This document shows, piece after piece, positions 41,542-58,276 of a stretch of 64,000 nt of DNA (position 1 is the stretch's first letter; every line of letters begins with the position of its first letter). A model generated the notes under the pieces. It saw only the letters and a program-made list of their open reading frames with translations. It had not been told where the DNA came from and made no database searches. Source of the stretch: the human T2T-CHM13v2.0 reference genome, Homo sapiens; NCBI RefSeq assembly GCF_009914755.1, contig NC_060928.1. One strand, written 5' to 3'. Position numbers and translations under genes: made by a program.

Positions 41542-42725
41542 TTAATGATCTTTTTAGTCTTTACATCTAGGTGATTGCTTGAGCATGGGCCAGGCCTCTT
41601 CCTTGACATTGAATATTTCTGTTCTTTAATCCCAGTAATACTGGTCCATCTCATTCCCCAATGTATACATACAGTTGGTCATTATACTACCTTATCGTGG
41701 TCTCTTCTTTAATCACACTAATCACATTTATGGGTCAGGAAGGAAGTTGGAGATGGTAGGGAAGGATCTAGGCCTGGCTTCTTTGCCAAGGATCTGAGCC
41801 CCTCAGAGGAGCTTCTCATGCCAGGAAAAGGACACTACCACCAATAATTGGTGCTGGAACAGGTAAACTCCTCCCTGCCCAATTTTAAAATAATAGCATA
41901 CATAGACAGGAGTGTGAAATAAGTATACAACTTCATGCATTTTCTAAAATGAACTTGCTTGTATACCTCTCATCTAGGTCAATAAATTGAACATTACCAG
42001 TACCCCAGAACATTCCCCCAAGGCCCCCTTCCAGTCTCTATGGGATTTAGGACTATATTTTTGTCAATTCCAAACTAGATTTAATTAAAACATTTCCTAT
42101 AGAAACAGTGTTAAGAGAGACTTTCTATTTCATGCTATTACTAATCTGTGATCACCTGTTTTTAAGTGAGTTAGGCTTATGACTGGGTGGGGTTCTTGCT
42201 CACACAGACCACTTCAATCAAGGCTTCCATGAGAAAGTGTTTTGAATGCTGAAGGTTTTGCTGCTGTGTTTGGAACACAGGCCATTGGTAGATTAAGGGT
42301 CTACTTCTGTATATAAGCTACTGTATCTTCTTTGGTCTGCAGTAGACCCTGATTTTCTTAACTGCTTGCTTAGGAAGTTTGCTTTACAACTGGAGGACAG
42401 AAAAACTAGTGTGATTTATAAATGGACTGTTATTCTAAGAGTTCACTCAGCTAATTTAGAGTTAATTATGTTTGAGATGGTTTCAACTTCTGCCTTCATT
42501 TCCACAGGCCTTTCGTATCTGGTATTATTTATGTACAAGTGACTTGCTAAAGGCACAGGGGCACAGGGCAGCTTGTGCAATTAATCGCTTGTGTGAGATA
42601 GACAGTTGTAATTTTATCTTCATCCAAGCATGGACTGTGTTGGCTTGGTGAAAGCATTTGGTGTAAGAACAAAGTTCAAACGTTTATGGCTTTACCCTTT
42701 TAAAGCTGACTTGTAAAGTAAAATG

Positions 42726-42727
<2 letters not shown>

Positions 42728-42760
<33 letters not shown>
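42728..42760. repeat. T33 mononucleotide tract
   Basis: uninterrupted T run with no adjoining Alu body. Confidence 0.95.
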
Positions 42761-42766
<6 letters not shown>

Positions 42767-42941
42767 AGAGTTTTACCAATTTAAGAACTGTGGGCTGCTT
42801 TGAAGGATCAGGATTAACTTATTAAAAATAATGAGATTGCTTTAATGATAACAAAACTAATGTAATAATTGAATCTGTGTCAGCTAATCTGATATGTGTT
42901 TATTTCTATGTATTTTGAAGACTTTTGGTCTACTCCCGAAC

Positions 42942-43258
42942 ATTTCTTTCTTTTTTTTTTTTTTGTTTTTTTTTTTTTGAGACGGAGTCTCGCTATCGCC
43001 CAGGCCGGAGTGCAGTGGCGCGATCTCGGCTCACTGCAGGCTCCGCCCCCTGGGGTTCACGCCATTCTCCTGCCTCAGCCTCCCAAGTAGCTGGGACTAC
43101 AGGCGCCCGCCACCTCGCCAGTCTAATTTTTTGTATTTTTAGTAGAGGTGGGGTTTCACCGTGTTAGCCAGGATGGTCTCGATCTCCTGACCTCGTGATC
43201 CGCCCGCCTCGGCCTCCCAAAGTGCTGGGATTACAGGCGTGAGCCACCGCGCCCGGCC
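42942..43258 (-). mobile_element. Young AluY, Ye-like subfamily
   Basis: CpG-rich; sense strand gaaccccagggggcggagcctgcag, ggcgaggtggcggg and a 2-nt deletion before gcgagactcc. Confidence 0.85.
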
Positions 43259-43486
43259 AACGGACATTTCTTGATGCCAAAACAAGTATTTCCTCTCTTC
43301 CTTTCTAATCTGTAATTTGAGGCCTAACGCATAGTGAGTGTTCCCTATATGTTGATTGAATTGAATATTTTTTCCTGTCAGAGCTTATATTTAGGTAAAT
43401 TGGATCTGTAACTCAGACCCTCAATAGTCAACATATCTCAGGAGAAAGTAACATTATGTTTTCAGTCATGCTCCTTTTGACACCTA

Positions 43487-43797
<311 letters not shown>

Positions 43798-44476
43798 ACA
43801 CCTAATTTTATAATAGTACCCATTTTCAGATATTGTGTGCCTAATATTAGAGCACTCATAGTCTGGTACCTGCTCTTTTACAGTACAGATTTTCATCTTA
43901 GGGACAACTGTCAGTTCCATGTAGCACTTTATTTTTTGGTTATATCACATGTGTACTTGCCACCTCATTTAATAAATACAACATTACAGAAACAATGGAA
44001 TTCTCCTAGGTATCCTTTCCTGATCCCTTACCCTGCTACTCCTTGGAACTACTACTCTGACTTTCATGCTTATCTTGATGCGTATTTTCATACTTCCCTT
44101 ACATATGTATATATCCTTCATACATAGTATTTATTGTTTTGCATTATTCAAATGATAAAAATGTTGTGTTCCACATATCGTTTTGTGTTCATTCTGACTT
44201 TTGCTCATTCTGATGTTTCAGAATTATCTAAATTAGTACATGTTCTAGCTAATTTATTTTAACTCATATATATTCACTGTATATATCTATCAAGTCTCTT
44301 ATCTAGTCTCTCCTTAATGGACTTTAGATTGTTTCCACTATTTTGCTAATGCAAACAATGTGGCAAAGTGTTCTTGTATATGTCTCCTTGTGCACAGTTT
44401 TATAAGAATCTCTCTGGAGAATAAGAGAAAAAGCTCGTTAAGGTGGAATGCCAAATAATAAATGTGGAAGGATTGA

Positions 44477-44825
<349 letters not shown>

Positions 44826-44849
44826 GGAGTGAGAAAATATCATTTTAAA

Positions 44850-45720
44850 AGACACATAGTACTTACTCATTAAGGCCAGAGTCATCAATAGATGGTAATA
44901 CCACGGGTGAAAATTTGAATATACAAAGTTTGATATCCTAAATATCCATGGGGAGCAGGTTATTTACGTAGTCTCAAAGTATCTCCCCTTTATAGATGCT
45001 TGTACATAATAAGTACTTACTTATTAATCATAAAGAGAAAAAATACTAATGTTACATGGAGAAACCTGGAAGCACCACTTTCAGCCAAGTGATCAAAGCC
45101 ACACATCACCAGTCATGACAACTGTCTCCTGATGAGATGCACTGAGAATACCACATTCCTTACATTGTATTATTACTTCCCAAAGTATACAATCTGCATC
45201 TAATCATGAAGAAACGTTAGGCAAATCCAAATTAAGAGCTACTCTATGAAATAAATAGCTCATACTTTTAAGAAATGTCAGTATCTTGAAAGACAAAGGA
45301 AGGCTGAGGAACCTTTCCACATTTAAAGAGACTAAAATGACTTGACATGTAAATGTAAGGTGCAATCCTGGACCAGAAAAAAAAAATTGCTGTAAAGCAT
45401 GTTAGTGAGACAACTGTCAGAATTTGAATAAAGTCTGTAGATTAGATTCTCATATTGCATTAATGTCAACCTCCTTGATTTTGATAATTACAATTTGGTT
45501 AAATAAGTGAATCTCTGTGTCCTAAGGAAACATATGCTGAAGTATTTGGGGGTAATGGGTATGATGTTTACTACATATTCTAAGTGGCTCAGGAAAATTT
45601 TTTTATATACATATAAAGATAGAACAATAAAGCAAATGTGGCAAGATGTTGGCAATTAGTGAATCTGGGTGAAGTGACCTATTGTTGCAACTTCGCTGTA
45701 TGTTTGAAATTATTTTTTAA
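44850..45720 (+). mobile_element. Old L1M (MC/MD-like) 3' fragment nested in older L1M remnants
   Basis: ctaatcatgaagaaac...gcaaatccaaatt...gactaaaatgacttgaca...gcaaatgtggcaagatgtt...gaatctgggtgaag; boundaries approximate. Confidence 0.6.
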
Positions 45721-45871
45721 AAAGATCTTCCTAAGTTATACCTGGGAAGTGGAATTGCTAGGTCATAGGCTCTGAATGTGTTTGAATTTGCACATCTTTA
45801 CCAGTACTTCACATTATCAGATTAAACATCTTTATCAGGCTTATGGGTATGAAGGAGTATGTCATTGTGGC

Positions 45872-46183
<312 letters not shown>

Positions 46184-46850
46184 TCACTGTGGTTTGAGTT
46201 TGCATTTCTTTCATTATAGTGAAGCAGAACATGTTTTCAAATGTTTCATCAATAAGGCTACTCTTTTATGAATTGCTTGCTATATTCTTAGCCATTTTTA
46301 AAACAGAGTTCTTTGACATTTTTAAATTAATTTTTTGTATGTCTTAATATATTCTGGAAATTAATCCTTTGGGAAATTAATCCTTTGTCGGCTAGATAAA
46401 TTGCAGTTACCTACATACTTTTGAAAGATGCTTAACTAAAATATAAAATTGAGTTATATTTTATTTAAGTTACACAGAATAAACTAGGTAAGAAGGCAGA
46501 GAAAACATTGCACAACAAGTGTGTAGGGGCTGGAGGGCTGGCGTTGTTTGCAGATCTCTTCTCTCTTGGCTCAGTCAAATAATATGGGGCAATTGAACTT
46601 GCATTCTTATCTCTGGCCCCTCTGAAAAAGGTTATTTTTAGGAAGGCTGTCTATTGTCCCCAGTGTATTTCATTCAGAAATTTGCTGAAGAAGGTATTCT
46701 TCCCTCCTGCTGTAATGAAACTGTTGCACTGCTAAATACTGGCCAGTACTTAGATTGAGTAATGGGCTTTGAGTGGTATTGCAGTGCCTGTAGAGCAAAA
46801 GGGTAATTCAGTAGGCACACTATCATGGTTCATCCTCTAATACTAATTAA

Positions 46851-47677
<827 letters not shown>

Positions 47678-48890
47678 TAATTCTTAAGGTGACTAGGTAT
47701 AAACTTTGCATGTAGGACAAAAACTCCAAAATCCCCATATATCCCACACCTAAAATCATAAAACATTAGCCCTGTAAGAAAACTAAATTGTTTCCATTCT
47801 CTCAGTTTATAAAAGACATCAGTCATGGAGCTGGTGGTTGTCCTAAACAGGACTTGGCTTTTGACTCCAGGTCCTCTTTCCTTTCTCCTCTAGTGTAGTA
47901 TTAGTCCTTCCGAAAACTGAACTATTACAGCTCTTTCTACTAATACACGTATAACTCTTTCCGGGATAGGTAATACAGCACTGTCCATTTTCCTCATTGA
48001 TTTCCTAGTAAACTGGAAAATGAGGTGATCAAAAAAGATCTTCTTTCAGGGAATTTAACATCTTAATTACTATCTCAAAAGAAAATATTTTTCTTTGTAG
48101 TCTAATGTCAGAAGTAACCTTTTGTGATACACCCCAAAGGAACCAATGAATGATCATATGACTGTGTATATAGCTACTCTTTATTCTTTGAAGACTTTCT
48201 CATTTTTTGTATTTAATAGTTAGAATTGAATGACAGTAGTCATTTTTCAATTCATAAAAATTTATGCTGCTTTAAAAAATCATTTAATTATTTTCTTGAT
48301 GGAAAATACAGTAACAGCACAGAGAGGAAAACCTAATCCTATTGTCTAGAAATAGCTACTTAATGTTTTCATTTTTACATTTTTTCTATGTATATGTATT
48401 TCATAGAGTGAAACTATAGTTTTAGATTCCGTCTTTTCTTGATTAACATTATAGTATTTGTTAATGGGTGCATTTTATATCATTGTTTGGATTAATTGTA
48501 ATGAAGAATGCTACAGTGAACACCCTTGCCTACATTTGCCTACATTTCTAATTATTTTCTGATGACAGATTCCTAGAATTGGAGTTATTGATCATCAGCA
48601 AAACTATCTTCAGTCTTTTCATTGCCAAACCAACTTTGACAAAGTTGCTACTACTTCCGTACTTGTACAAGTTGAATATGAGAGTACCTGTGTCATTTCA
48701 AGTCATTGAATAAAATGCTGCTGATTTGATACTGTAAATAGGCCTTTGTCTAATTCACATTTCCTTTTTCACTAGTGAAAAGTTGTATGATATTAACTAT
48801 TAATATTCATGTTGTTTCTGTGAACTTTGCTTACTTTTATGCAGGAGGCTGTGTTTTTCTTATTAAATAATTTTCATATATTAAAAAATC

Positions 48891-49446
<556 letters not shown>

Positions 49447-49638
49447 TCATGCAGACACAGTGATTTCACCTCTTTTCCCACTGCAATTGTTTGTCTCTTA
49501 CTTCTGAAGATGGCTGATGTCACCCATTAAACTTATTTACTTGTTTGGCATATTTAACTTCTACACAGTTAAAGTTGCCCTTTTGGTCAATTCTTCTGTC
49601 GTATGGCATTTTCTCATGTCCTGATGCTTTCTTTTAAG

Positions 49639-49909
49639 GTATTATCCAAAGAGATGAGTCACCCATGGAAAAAGGGCTCTCTGGTCTACGAGGAAGGGAC
49701 TTTGAGCTGTCTGACGTGTTTTATTTCTCCAAGAAGGGATTGGAAGCCATTGTAGAAGATGAAGTGACCCAGAGGTTTTCCTCAGAGGAGCTAGTGTCAT
49801 GGAATCTCCTCACAAGAACCAATGTAAATTTCCAGTACATCAGTCTGCGGCTCACTATGGTGTGGGTGCTGGGCGTCATAGTGCGCTATTGTGTCCTACT
49901 GCCTCTGAG
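49639..49909 (+). CDS. GPAT3: GPAT3 coding exon 3 (271 nt)
   Basis: acceptor ctttcttttaag|; (G)IIQRDESPMEKGLSGLRGRDFELSDVFYFSKKG...VRYCVLLPL(R); donor GAG|GTAAGT; phase 2; agrees with ORF 49665..49913. Confidence 0.97.
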
Positions 49910-51091
49910 GTAAGTCATATGCCTGGTAATTTGATGATACGCTTGACTCAGCTTTCTTTTTGAATCATGTACATAATGGCCACGTAAGTGTTCTGTGGTG
50001 CTTATTCCACCCATTCCCACGTAGGAAATGCCACCAAACATGACCTCTAAAGGAATGTATTACGTATCCATTTTCCTTTCACAATTTTTCCCCAAATGAA
50101 GTTGTATATTCAGAATCCAATGTATATCTTAGAATCTGGATCCACTTTGCTATTAGAGTCTGAGCTAACTTGAGGATGGAGAGAAAAGGGAAGTGAAGAA
50201 GAAGAAGAGGAAGAGGAAGAAGAAGAAGAGAGATCATCAACAGTTTCATATTCACTAGAGCATCAGCCAAACTGTAAGAGCTGACCAGAACCCACTGCCT
50301 TTCTTTGCCAGTCCATAGCACTTCATAACTGCATAAGAGAGAAAAAATTCTTGAGTGTGGTTACACGTGGGAGAGAGCCATTTCGAAGTGTGTTTGTTCC
50401 ATCCAATTCATTGTGATCACGGACTGCTCTTATTAAAGTGTCCCCACCTGGGTCCCCTTCTGCTTCTGAGCTTGAGTGCCACCTGGTGAGGAGGCAGTGT
50501 CAAGCCTAGTTTATGGAAAGCACGATGTGGAACATGAGTAGAAGGCACTGCGTGGTGGGATGAAGCTGTAAGTGGCTGAGATCTGATTAGCGTGGTGGTA
50601 GCAGTAGTAGGCACGTATACCAGCCACAACATTATTGTTGATCATCTTGCTTCATTTCCCTGGACATGGCCTTGGCATCCTCTCAGCAGAGCTTTCCAGG
50701 CAGTGGCTACCTGCCAACTAAACTTGGCACATGAATTGAAATCTTTTTACCACCCCCAGGGTGGCCTATGCTTGCCTCATTCAGATTTATTACCAGGGAA
50801 AGTATTGCTTAACTACAGGGAAATGCAGATTTCTAAGAAATTATTTCTGGGTTGTTGTTGTTGTTTTTTTTTGCCCATATTGCTAGTTCAGACATTGGGG
50901 CATAGTATGTCTTTTGGGAATCATTTCAGCTGTGATAATGAAGCGAAATTCAAGGTTTCACATATAATTTTGCTTGAACCTTAAACTAGTGCCCCCAAAA
51001 CAGGGTTCGTGTACTCTGGGAGTGTACAAGACTATCCATTGGCATGCAGGAAGGAAATATTAGAGCTCTTATTTACTAAAAGCTTCTGTTC

Positions 51092-52080
<989 letters not shown>

Positions 52081-52338
52081 ACATGAAGCTTTAGTCAAGT
52101 TTAATATATGGATTGGTTCGTATCCAAGGTAACCTGAAGGAAGAATGAGGAATTCTACAGCACAGTGCTTGAGATGCCCTTGTTTGTTGTTGGTTAGCTT
52201 TCACCATGCTGTGGGGGCCCAGAAAATGCTGTTATGATTCCCTTATCTACTAAACAAATGCTCACAAAATAGATAAGTGACTTAAAATATTTTTGCAAAG
52301 AAACTATGATTTAAGATAATAAAGCAATGTAAACATTT

Positions 52339-52375
52339 ATTACTTCTTGGCCTTTGGGCTAAGATCAAGTGCAGT
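52339..52375 (+). pseudogene. 3'-truncated U2 snRNA retropseudogene (U2 nt 1-37)
   Basis: ATTACTTCTTGGCCTTTGGGCTAAGATCAAGTGCAGT versus U2 ATCGCTTCTCGGCCTTTTGGCTAAGATCAAGTGTAGT, 32/37 identical. Confidence 0.88.
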
Positions 52376-52587
52376 GATATAAGCATCCAAGAACAAAAAG
52401 AAAATGCAGAGTTCAGACTCCTACTCTTAGTGGATACTCTTCAGTGTGGAAGAACTGCTTTGTAAATGCTTTTTAAAAGAAGCACCTACTACAAAATGAG
52501 CTTTTCAAAAACCAGATTGTATTAAGATACAATGTGGTGATGGTTGCACAACTCTGTGAATATGACAGAAACTACTGAATTGCATAC

Positions 52588-52878
52588 TTTATTTTATTTA
52601 TTTATTTTTATGATGAGATAGAGTCTCACTCCATCACTTAGACACAATCTTGGGTCACTGCAACCTCTGCCCGCTGAGTTCAAGCGATTCTTATGCCTCA
52701 GCCTCTCGAGTAGCTGGAATTACAGGCATGTGCCTCCATGCCTGGCTAATTTTTGTATTTTTAATAGAGATGGGGTTTCACCATGTTGGCCAGGCTGGTC
52801 TCAAACTCCTGACCTGAAGTGATCCGCCTGCCTTGGCTTCCCAAAGTGCTGGGATTACAGGCGTGAGCCAGTGCCTGA
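52588..52878 (-). mobile_element. Alu inserted in an L1M 3' fragment (about 52530-52950)
   Basis: TSD core actgaatt; flanks gtggtgatggttgcacaactctgtgaatat ... gtcaataaagct. Confidence 0.85.
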
Positions 52879-53692
52879 ACTGAATTACACATTTTAATGG
52901 GTTGAATTGTATGGCATGTGAATTGTATGTCAATAAAGCTCTTAAAAAACAGACTGTGGCTGAAAACTTATGTCATCTATGAGAACTCTAACATTGCCTC
53001 ACTTAAACTGGGATACATAATGTTCTGGCCTGTTAATCTAGCAAATAAAAAGTTTCAGTAGTTTTGAACCCAATTGTTAAACATGTTAAAATGAAACTCC
53101 TTCTGATTTAATGGATGGGAACAAGTGATTCTCATTGGGGCAAGATGGCAAAACATTATTTTAAAAGTTTTGCATAATTGATGATGAGATTAAACAATAA
53201 TTTAGTTATTGCATCAGTAACTGACAAGAAAAAAGAACCTGACCTTCAAATTGCTATGTCAAGTCTTTAACAAAATTTAACACCTTATTTATCAAGGTAT
53301 TTATAGGAAAGCATGTTCAAAAAGCTTTCTTCTTGCTCAAAATTGTAATAGTATTAATTATATTTATTAGTTATAGTAATATATCATGTTATTAAGTTAT
53401 AATTATAAAATTGATAGTTATAATTATAAAATTAATAATATATATTAATGTATTACTTTATTATCCTATTTTGAGTGAGGACAAATTGCAACATTAATAT
53501 AATTTCAAAATACTGTATTTTTAAATAAAAATATTTATACTTTTTTTTACGTTTCCAGATGTTTTATAATGTACATTATATCAGTACAGAATATGCACAT
53601 TATTCTTAAACACATTGGGCTGCATGTTCAGATGTGTTATTGATGGAGTGTTTCTCCAAATGGGTTAAGATTGCTGCCTTTTACGCTGTTTC

Positions 53693-53955
53693 TTTTTTTT
53701 TTTTTGAGACAGTCTCACTTTGTTGCCCAGGCTGAAGTGTAGTGGCACAATCTTGGCTCACTGCAACCAACCCCTGCCTCCTGGGTTCAAGCGGTTCTCG
53801 TTACAGGGATGTGTCACCATGCCTTCCTAATTTTTGTATTTTTAATAGAGACAGGGTTTCACCATGTTGGCCAGGCTGGTCTCGAACTCCCCACCTCAAG
53901 TGATCCACTCGCCTGGGCCTCCCAAACTGCTGGGATTGTAGCCGTGAGACACTGC
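53693..53955 (-). mobile_element. Alu with internal deletion
   Basis: both arms are recognisable. Confidence 0.85.
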
Positions 53956-54029
53956 TTATTTCTCTTGTTTTAAATAATGCTAAACTGCTATGTTAAATCA
54001 TAATCTCCTGAAAGACAGAATAACATAAT

Positions 54030-54250
54030 GCTTATGAAAATGAATTCTGGAGCCCTGGGTTCAAATCCTGGCTCGGTTGCTTATTTTCTGTGTAACTTTG
54101 GGTGAGTTAGTTAGCCTTTCTATGCTCCAATTTTTTCATGTGTAGAATGGGGATAATGATAATATTATTGCCTCATAGAGTCTTGGGGATGATTAAATGT
54201 GTTAAATATAAAAGGTACTTAGAATATTGCGTGGTGTATAGTGTTAGGTG
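54030..54250 (+). mobile_element. MIR SINE
   Basis: ctgggttcaaatcctggctc...tgtgtaactttgggtgagttag...aatggggataatga...cctcatag. Confidence 0.75.
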
Positions 54251-55331
54251 TTGCTTCATCATCATCTAATGTGAAACCTGGGATTGGTTAAGACAAACGA
54301 TTTTATGCTCCAAATATCTGATCAGAAAGTAAAGATAGCTACGTGTCAGCAGTAAATGAGCTTCACCCTGGAGAGGGTTACTGTTCCTGACCCTTAACCT
54401 TAGGCAACCACTGTAGCTTCCCCAGACACACAGGGTCCTTCTGATACTGCAGGGGTGGTCCCCTTCAGTCTGCTTATTGAATACCTCACGCATTCAGCAA
54501 CACGTGTGTGCTCTTCTGGGAACAGGAAGACATAAATAGGCCTCTGGTTTGATTTGAGAGAGTAATGAGATAATCTAAAGTTTCTGCTTTCTCCATTTGA
54601 CAAAGTAAGATGATTTAAAGAATCTTATTAGTAAAATGTGATTAAACTATTGATTTTTCTTCTCTATTAACTAAATCCTATTTATTTTGAAAGATTTTGT
54701 CTTAACTTTCCTTTTTGAATAATTCTATTTACATTTCTAGAAATTACTACTTTCCTTTTGAAGTCATTGGAATGTATATTAAAAGCACTTTTCAAAAAGA
54801 AGGCAATGTCTATATGGAGGTTAGAGGTACTGTCAGTCACCTTGTTTGCTAACTTCTGAGTTATCTTGAACCATGCAAAAGGACAACAGTTAGATTTGCA
54901 TTAAAAGATGTCTACATGGTGGTATATTTTGGTGTTCTTATTATGAAAGCACCTTTAAATCTATTCCCTTCACTAGCCCTCTTAACCCTTTGGTGATTAT
55001 ATAGATTTAACTTGATAGTTTTGTGAAAATTTCCAGGCCTTCTCTATGCATATACAGACTTGTTACACATGTGTTTGTTGTTGTTTTGCAGATGGCATCA
55101 TATTCTGTACTTTATTCTGAAACTTACTTTGCTTTTTGCCTCTTAAAGTGTGTCGTGGAACATTCTTCCGTGTTAGATCTATATAGATTTACCCAGTTAT
55201 TTTAGTGGCTGCATCATATTTCATCATGTGGATACTCTACAACTTATTTACAATTTTATTATTTAGGAACTTTTTGGTTACTTCCATGCTATGTGTCAAA
55301 ATCTTATATGGCCCTCTCTTTTCTTTTTCAG

Positions 55332-55406
55332 GGTTACCTTGGCTTTCATTGGGATCAGTTTGCTGGTTATAGGAACTACACTGGTTGGGCAGCTGCCAGA
55401 CAGCAG
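55332..55406 (+). CDS. GPAT3: GPAT3 coding exon 4 (75 nt, hydrophobic helix)
   Basis: acceptor ctctcttttctttttcag|; VTLAFIGISLLVIGTTLVGQLPDS; donor CAG|GTGAAA; phase 2-2. Confidence 0.95.
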
Positions 55407-55410
55407 GTGA

Positions 55411-55803
<393 letters not shown>

Positions 55804-56286
55804 CATTGCATTAAATTTATGTTCTCTACTCATTTATTAGAATCCTGCTCACTTCATCTTCATAGTCTTTGATTTTTTTAAATCATACTTCCATATTAAT
55901 TGAAAGAAGTTGTTTTTTCAAAGGAGAATTGAAGAAAGAAAATGAACTGAGTTACCTAAGAGAGTCTTATATATTGGCAAGCTCATAAGACCAAGACCAA
56001 AGAAGCTTCACTTTATCTCGTTCAGGAATTTGTCATAATAGCCTAGTGGTTTTGAGCCACTTTTCATTAGAGTTATGTCCAGTTTTTTTGGTAGACTTTT
56101 GTGATCTAATACTAAATGTGCCAATGAGACTATAACAATTGACTATAAGACTATAAGAATTGAACTGTACCTGTTCACCAGAATAGAATGTGGTATGCTG
56201 TTGTGAAAAAGCACATTAAAACCTTTATTATATTGTTTCTTAAGAGTGCCCAGAATGGCACAATAAAATGTTTCTATTTCCTTCAG

Positions 56287-56376
56287 CCTCAAAAACTGGC
56301 TGAGTGAACTGGTCCATCTGACTTGCTGCCGGATCTGTGTGCGAGCCCTCTCTGGTACCATTCATTATCATAACAA
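56287..56376 (+). CDS. GPAT3: GPAT3 coding exon 5 (90 nt)
   Basis: acceptor tttctatttccttcag|; LKNWLSELVHLTCCRICVRALSGTIHYHN; donor CAA|GTGAGT; phase 2-2. Confidence 0.96.
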
Positions 56377-57415
56377 GTGAGTATCTGCTGCCAATGTGCC
56401 TGTCTTTTTCTAGGTCAATTCAGCATGAGATTGACAAGGAAGCATTGGAAGTGGTTGGGAAGAAGTGGGTGGAGTCAGAGTGCTTCCAATGTGTTCATCT
56501 CTACTTCTCAGTGTGGCACAGGCATGATGCACAAAAACACTAAATAGCAGTGTTTGCAGAAAGAATATAATAATAAACACGTAGTTGTGCTCAATAATTG
56601 GGCATTTATGGTGTGCAGGCCAGACCCTGTGTTTCTTGTAGCTCATCCCTATGAGATAGGCACTGTTAACCCATTTTATAGGGGAAGAAATGTAAGCTTT
56701 GGGATTTGTTGTTTAGGGTCACAGTGAATAAACAATGGAATCAGGTTTTGAGCCATGTCTCTCTGATTTTAAAAACAATGAAGTTGACAGGTCTGTACTG
56801 TGGTGGAAATAGGACTAGACGTGGAGTCTGGAAATGTGGTCTCTATTCTTAGTCCTGCTACTTCTAAAATTCCATAATTGAGCCTTAAAACAAAATTCTG
56901 CTTTTCTCTCCCAGAATTGTAGAGAATGAAGGCAGCAAAGGAAAGGAATTAGCTAAGTGAAAGTGATTTTGATTGCATTTGAACTACTTTTCTATTATCT
57001 TAATTTTTTTTAGATTTAACATCATTTTAAAAGTTCTAGGCCAAGCTTCTCTTTTTTACTGATTTGGTCTTTCTTTCTCATTTGTAGAAGGGAAACATTT
57101 TGCCATTTGGCTTTACCATGTGGTACCAACATAAAAGACCCTTTAAACATTTTAAATTATATGATGTTGCAATTGGACTATGAGTTTTAAAGTGAAGAGT
57201 GAAAGAAAACACTCTGGCAGGTGTGCAGTCAGAAGAAACACCTGTAGAAAAGGCACACTTATTACATAAAGAGGAGTTCCTAACTTCTTATAGAATTGCT
57301 TCTCATTTTGAAGAAAATATGCTAAATAATTGTGTATTTGGTTCTTTCTTCTCTGTATAGGCCCAAAGAAAACTACTTTGCTTTATTGGTGTCAAATACT
57401 GGTTTCACTCTAGGG

Positions 57416-57637
57416 TAGAGATCAACAAACTGAACTGGGAGCCTATAGGCCAAATCTGGCCCACCAGCTGTTTTCTGTAAATAACATTTTATTGGAACAC
57501 AGCCGTGCTCATTCACAGCCGTGGCTGCTTTTGTGTCACAACAGCAGAGTCAAGTAATTGTGACAAGCATTGTCTGGCTTGCAAAGCTTAAAGTATTTGC
57601 TGTCTGGCCCTTGATAAGAAAAGTTTGCCAACCTCTG
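57416..57637. mobile_element. MER58A-like hAT MITE
   Basis: ggccaaatctggcccacc...gtaaataacattttattggaacacagcc...aaaagtttgcca; 8-bp TSD ctctaggg/ctctagga. Confidence 0.85.
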
Positions 57638-57887
57638 CTCTAGGAGGATAGGAGGGAGGAAATTATGGTGAATTTTCTCCGTGGATTACCATGAAACCAC
57701 TAAAAGTGATGTATATGAAGATCAGAATAATGTGAAAATACTTCAGATTAAATAAGTGAAAGCTGTGTATTATCAATGGAAAAATCATGGGCCCCCTACC
57801 ACACTCTCATCACACTACCTAGAGATCACCTTTTAAAGATGGGCCCGTGTACCTCCAAACTTAATTTTTAAAAATATACTTAAAAAA

Positions 57888-58175
57888 GACCAGGCACGGT
57901 GGCTTATGCCTGTGATCCCAGCACTTTGGGAAGCCGAGTGGGGCAGATCACTTGAGGTCAGGAGTTTGAGACCAGCCTGGCCAACATGGAGAAACCTCAT
58001 CTCTGCTAAAAATATAAAAATTAGCTGGGCCTGATGGCACATACCTGTAATTCCAGCTACTTGGGAGGCTGAGGCAGGAGAATTGCTTGAACCCCTGGAG
58101 GTGGAGGTTGCCATGAGCCAAGATTGCACCAATGCACTCCAGCCTGGGCAACAGAGTGAGACGCGAAAAAAAAAA
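57888..58175 (+). mobile_element. Alu (S-type) about 100 bp upstream of exon 6
   Basis: dimeric Alu with A-tail. Confidence 0.92.
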
Positions 58176-58276
58176 TTACATATATACACACACACACACT
58201 TAAAAAAGTAAGATGAGTATTTACATGCTGTGGCTATTTTAGAAGACTTCGAATTTTCCATTGTTTGTAATTGCAG

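Noticed and set aside
46356-46387. Perfect 16-bp tandem duplication; similar short ones at 53395-53433 and 56128-56158
   Set aside because: Ordinary slippage duplications in AT-rich or repeat-derived DNA.
49636-49644. Exon 3 begins with GT (AAG|GTATTA), a possible recursive splice site
   Set aside because: The reconstituted donor TTG|GTATTA is poor and the bases are constrained by Gly-Ile codons.
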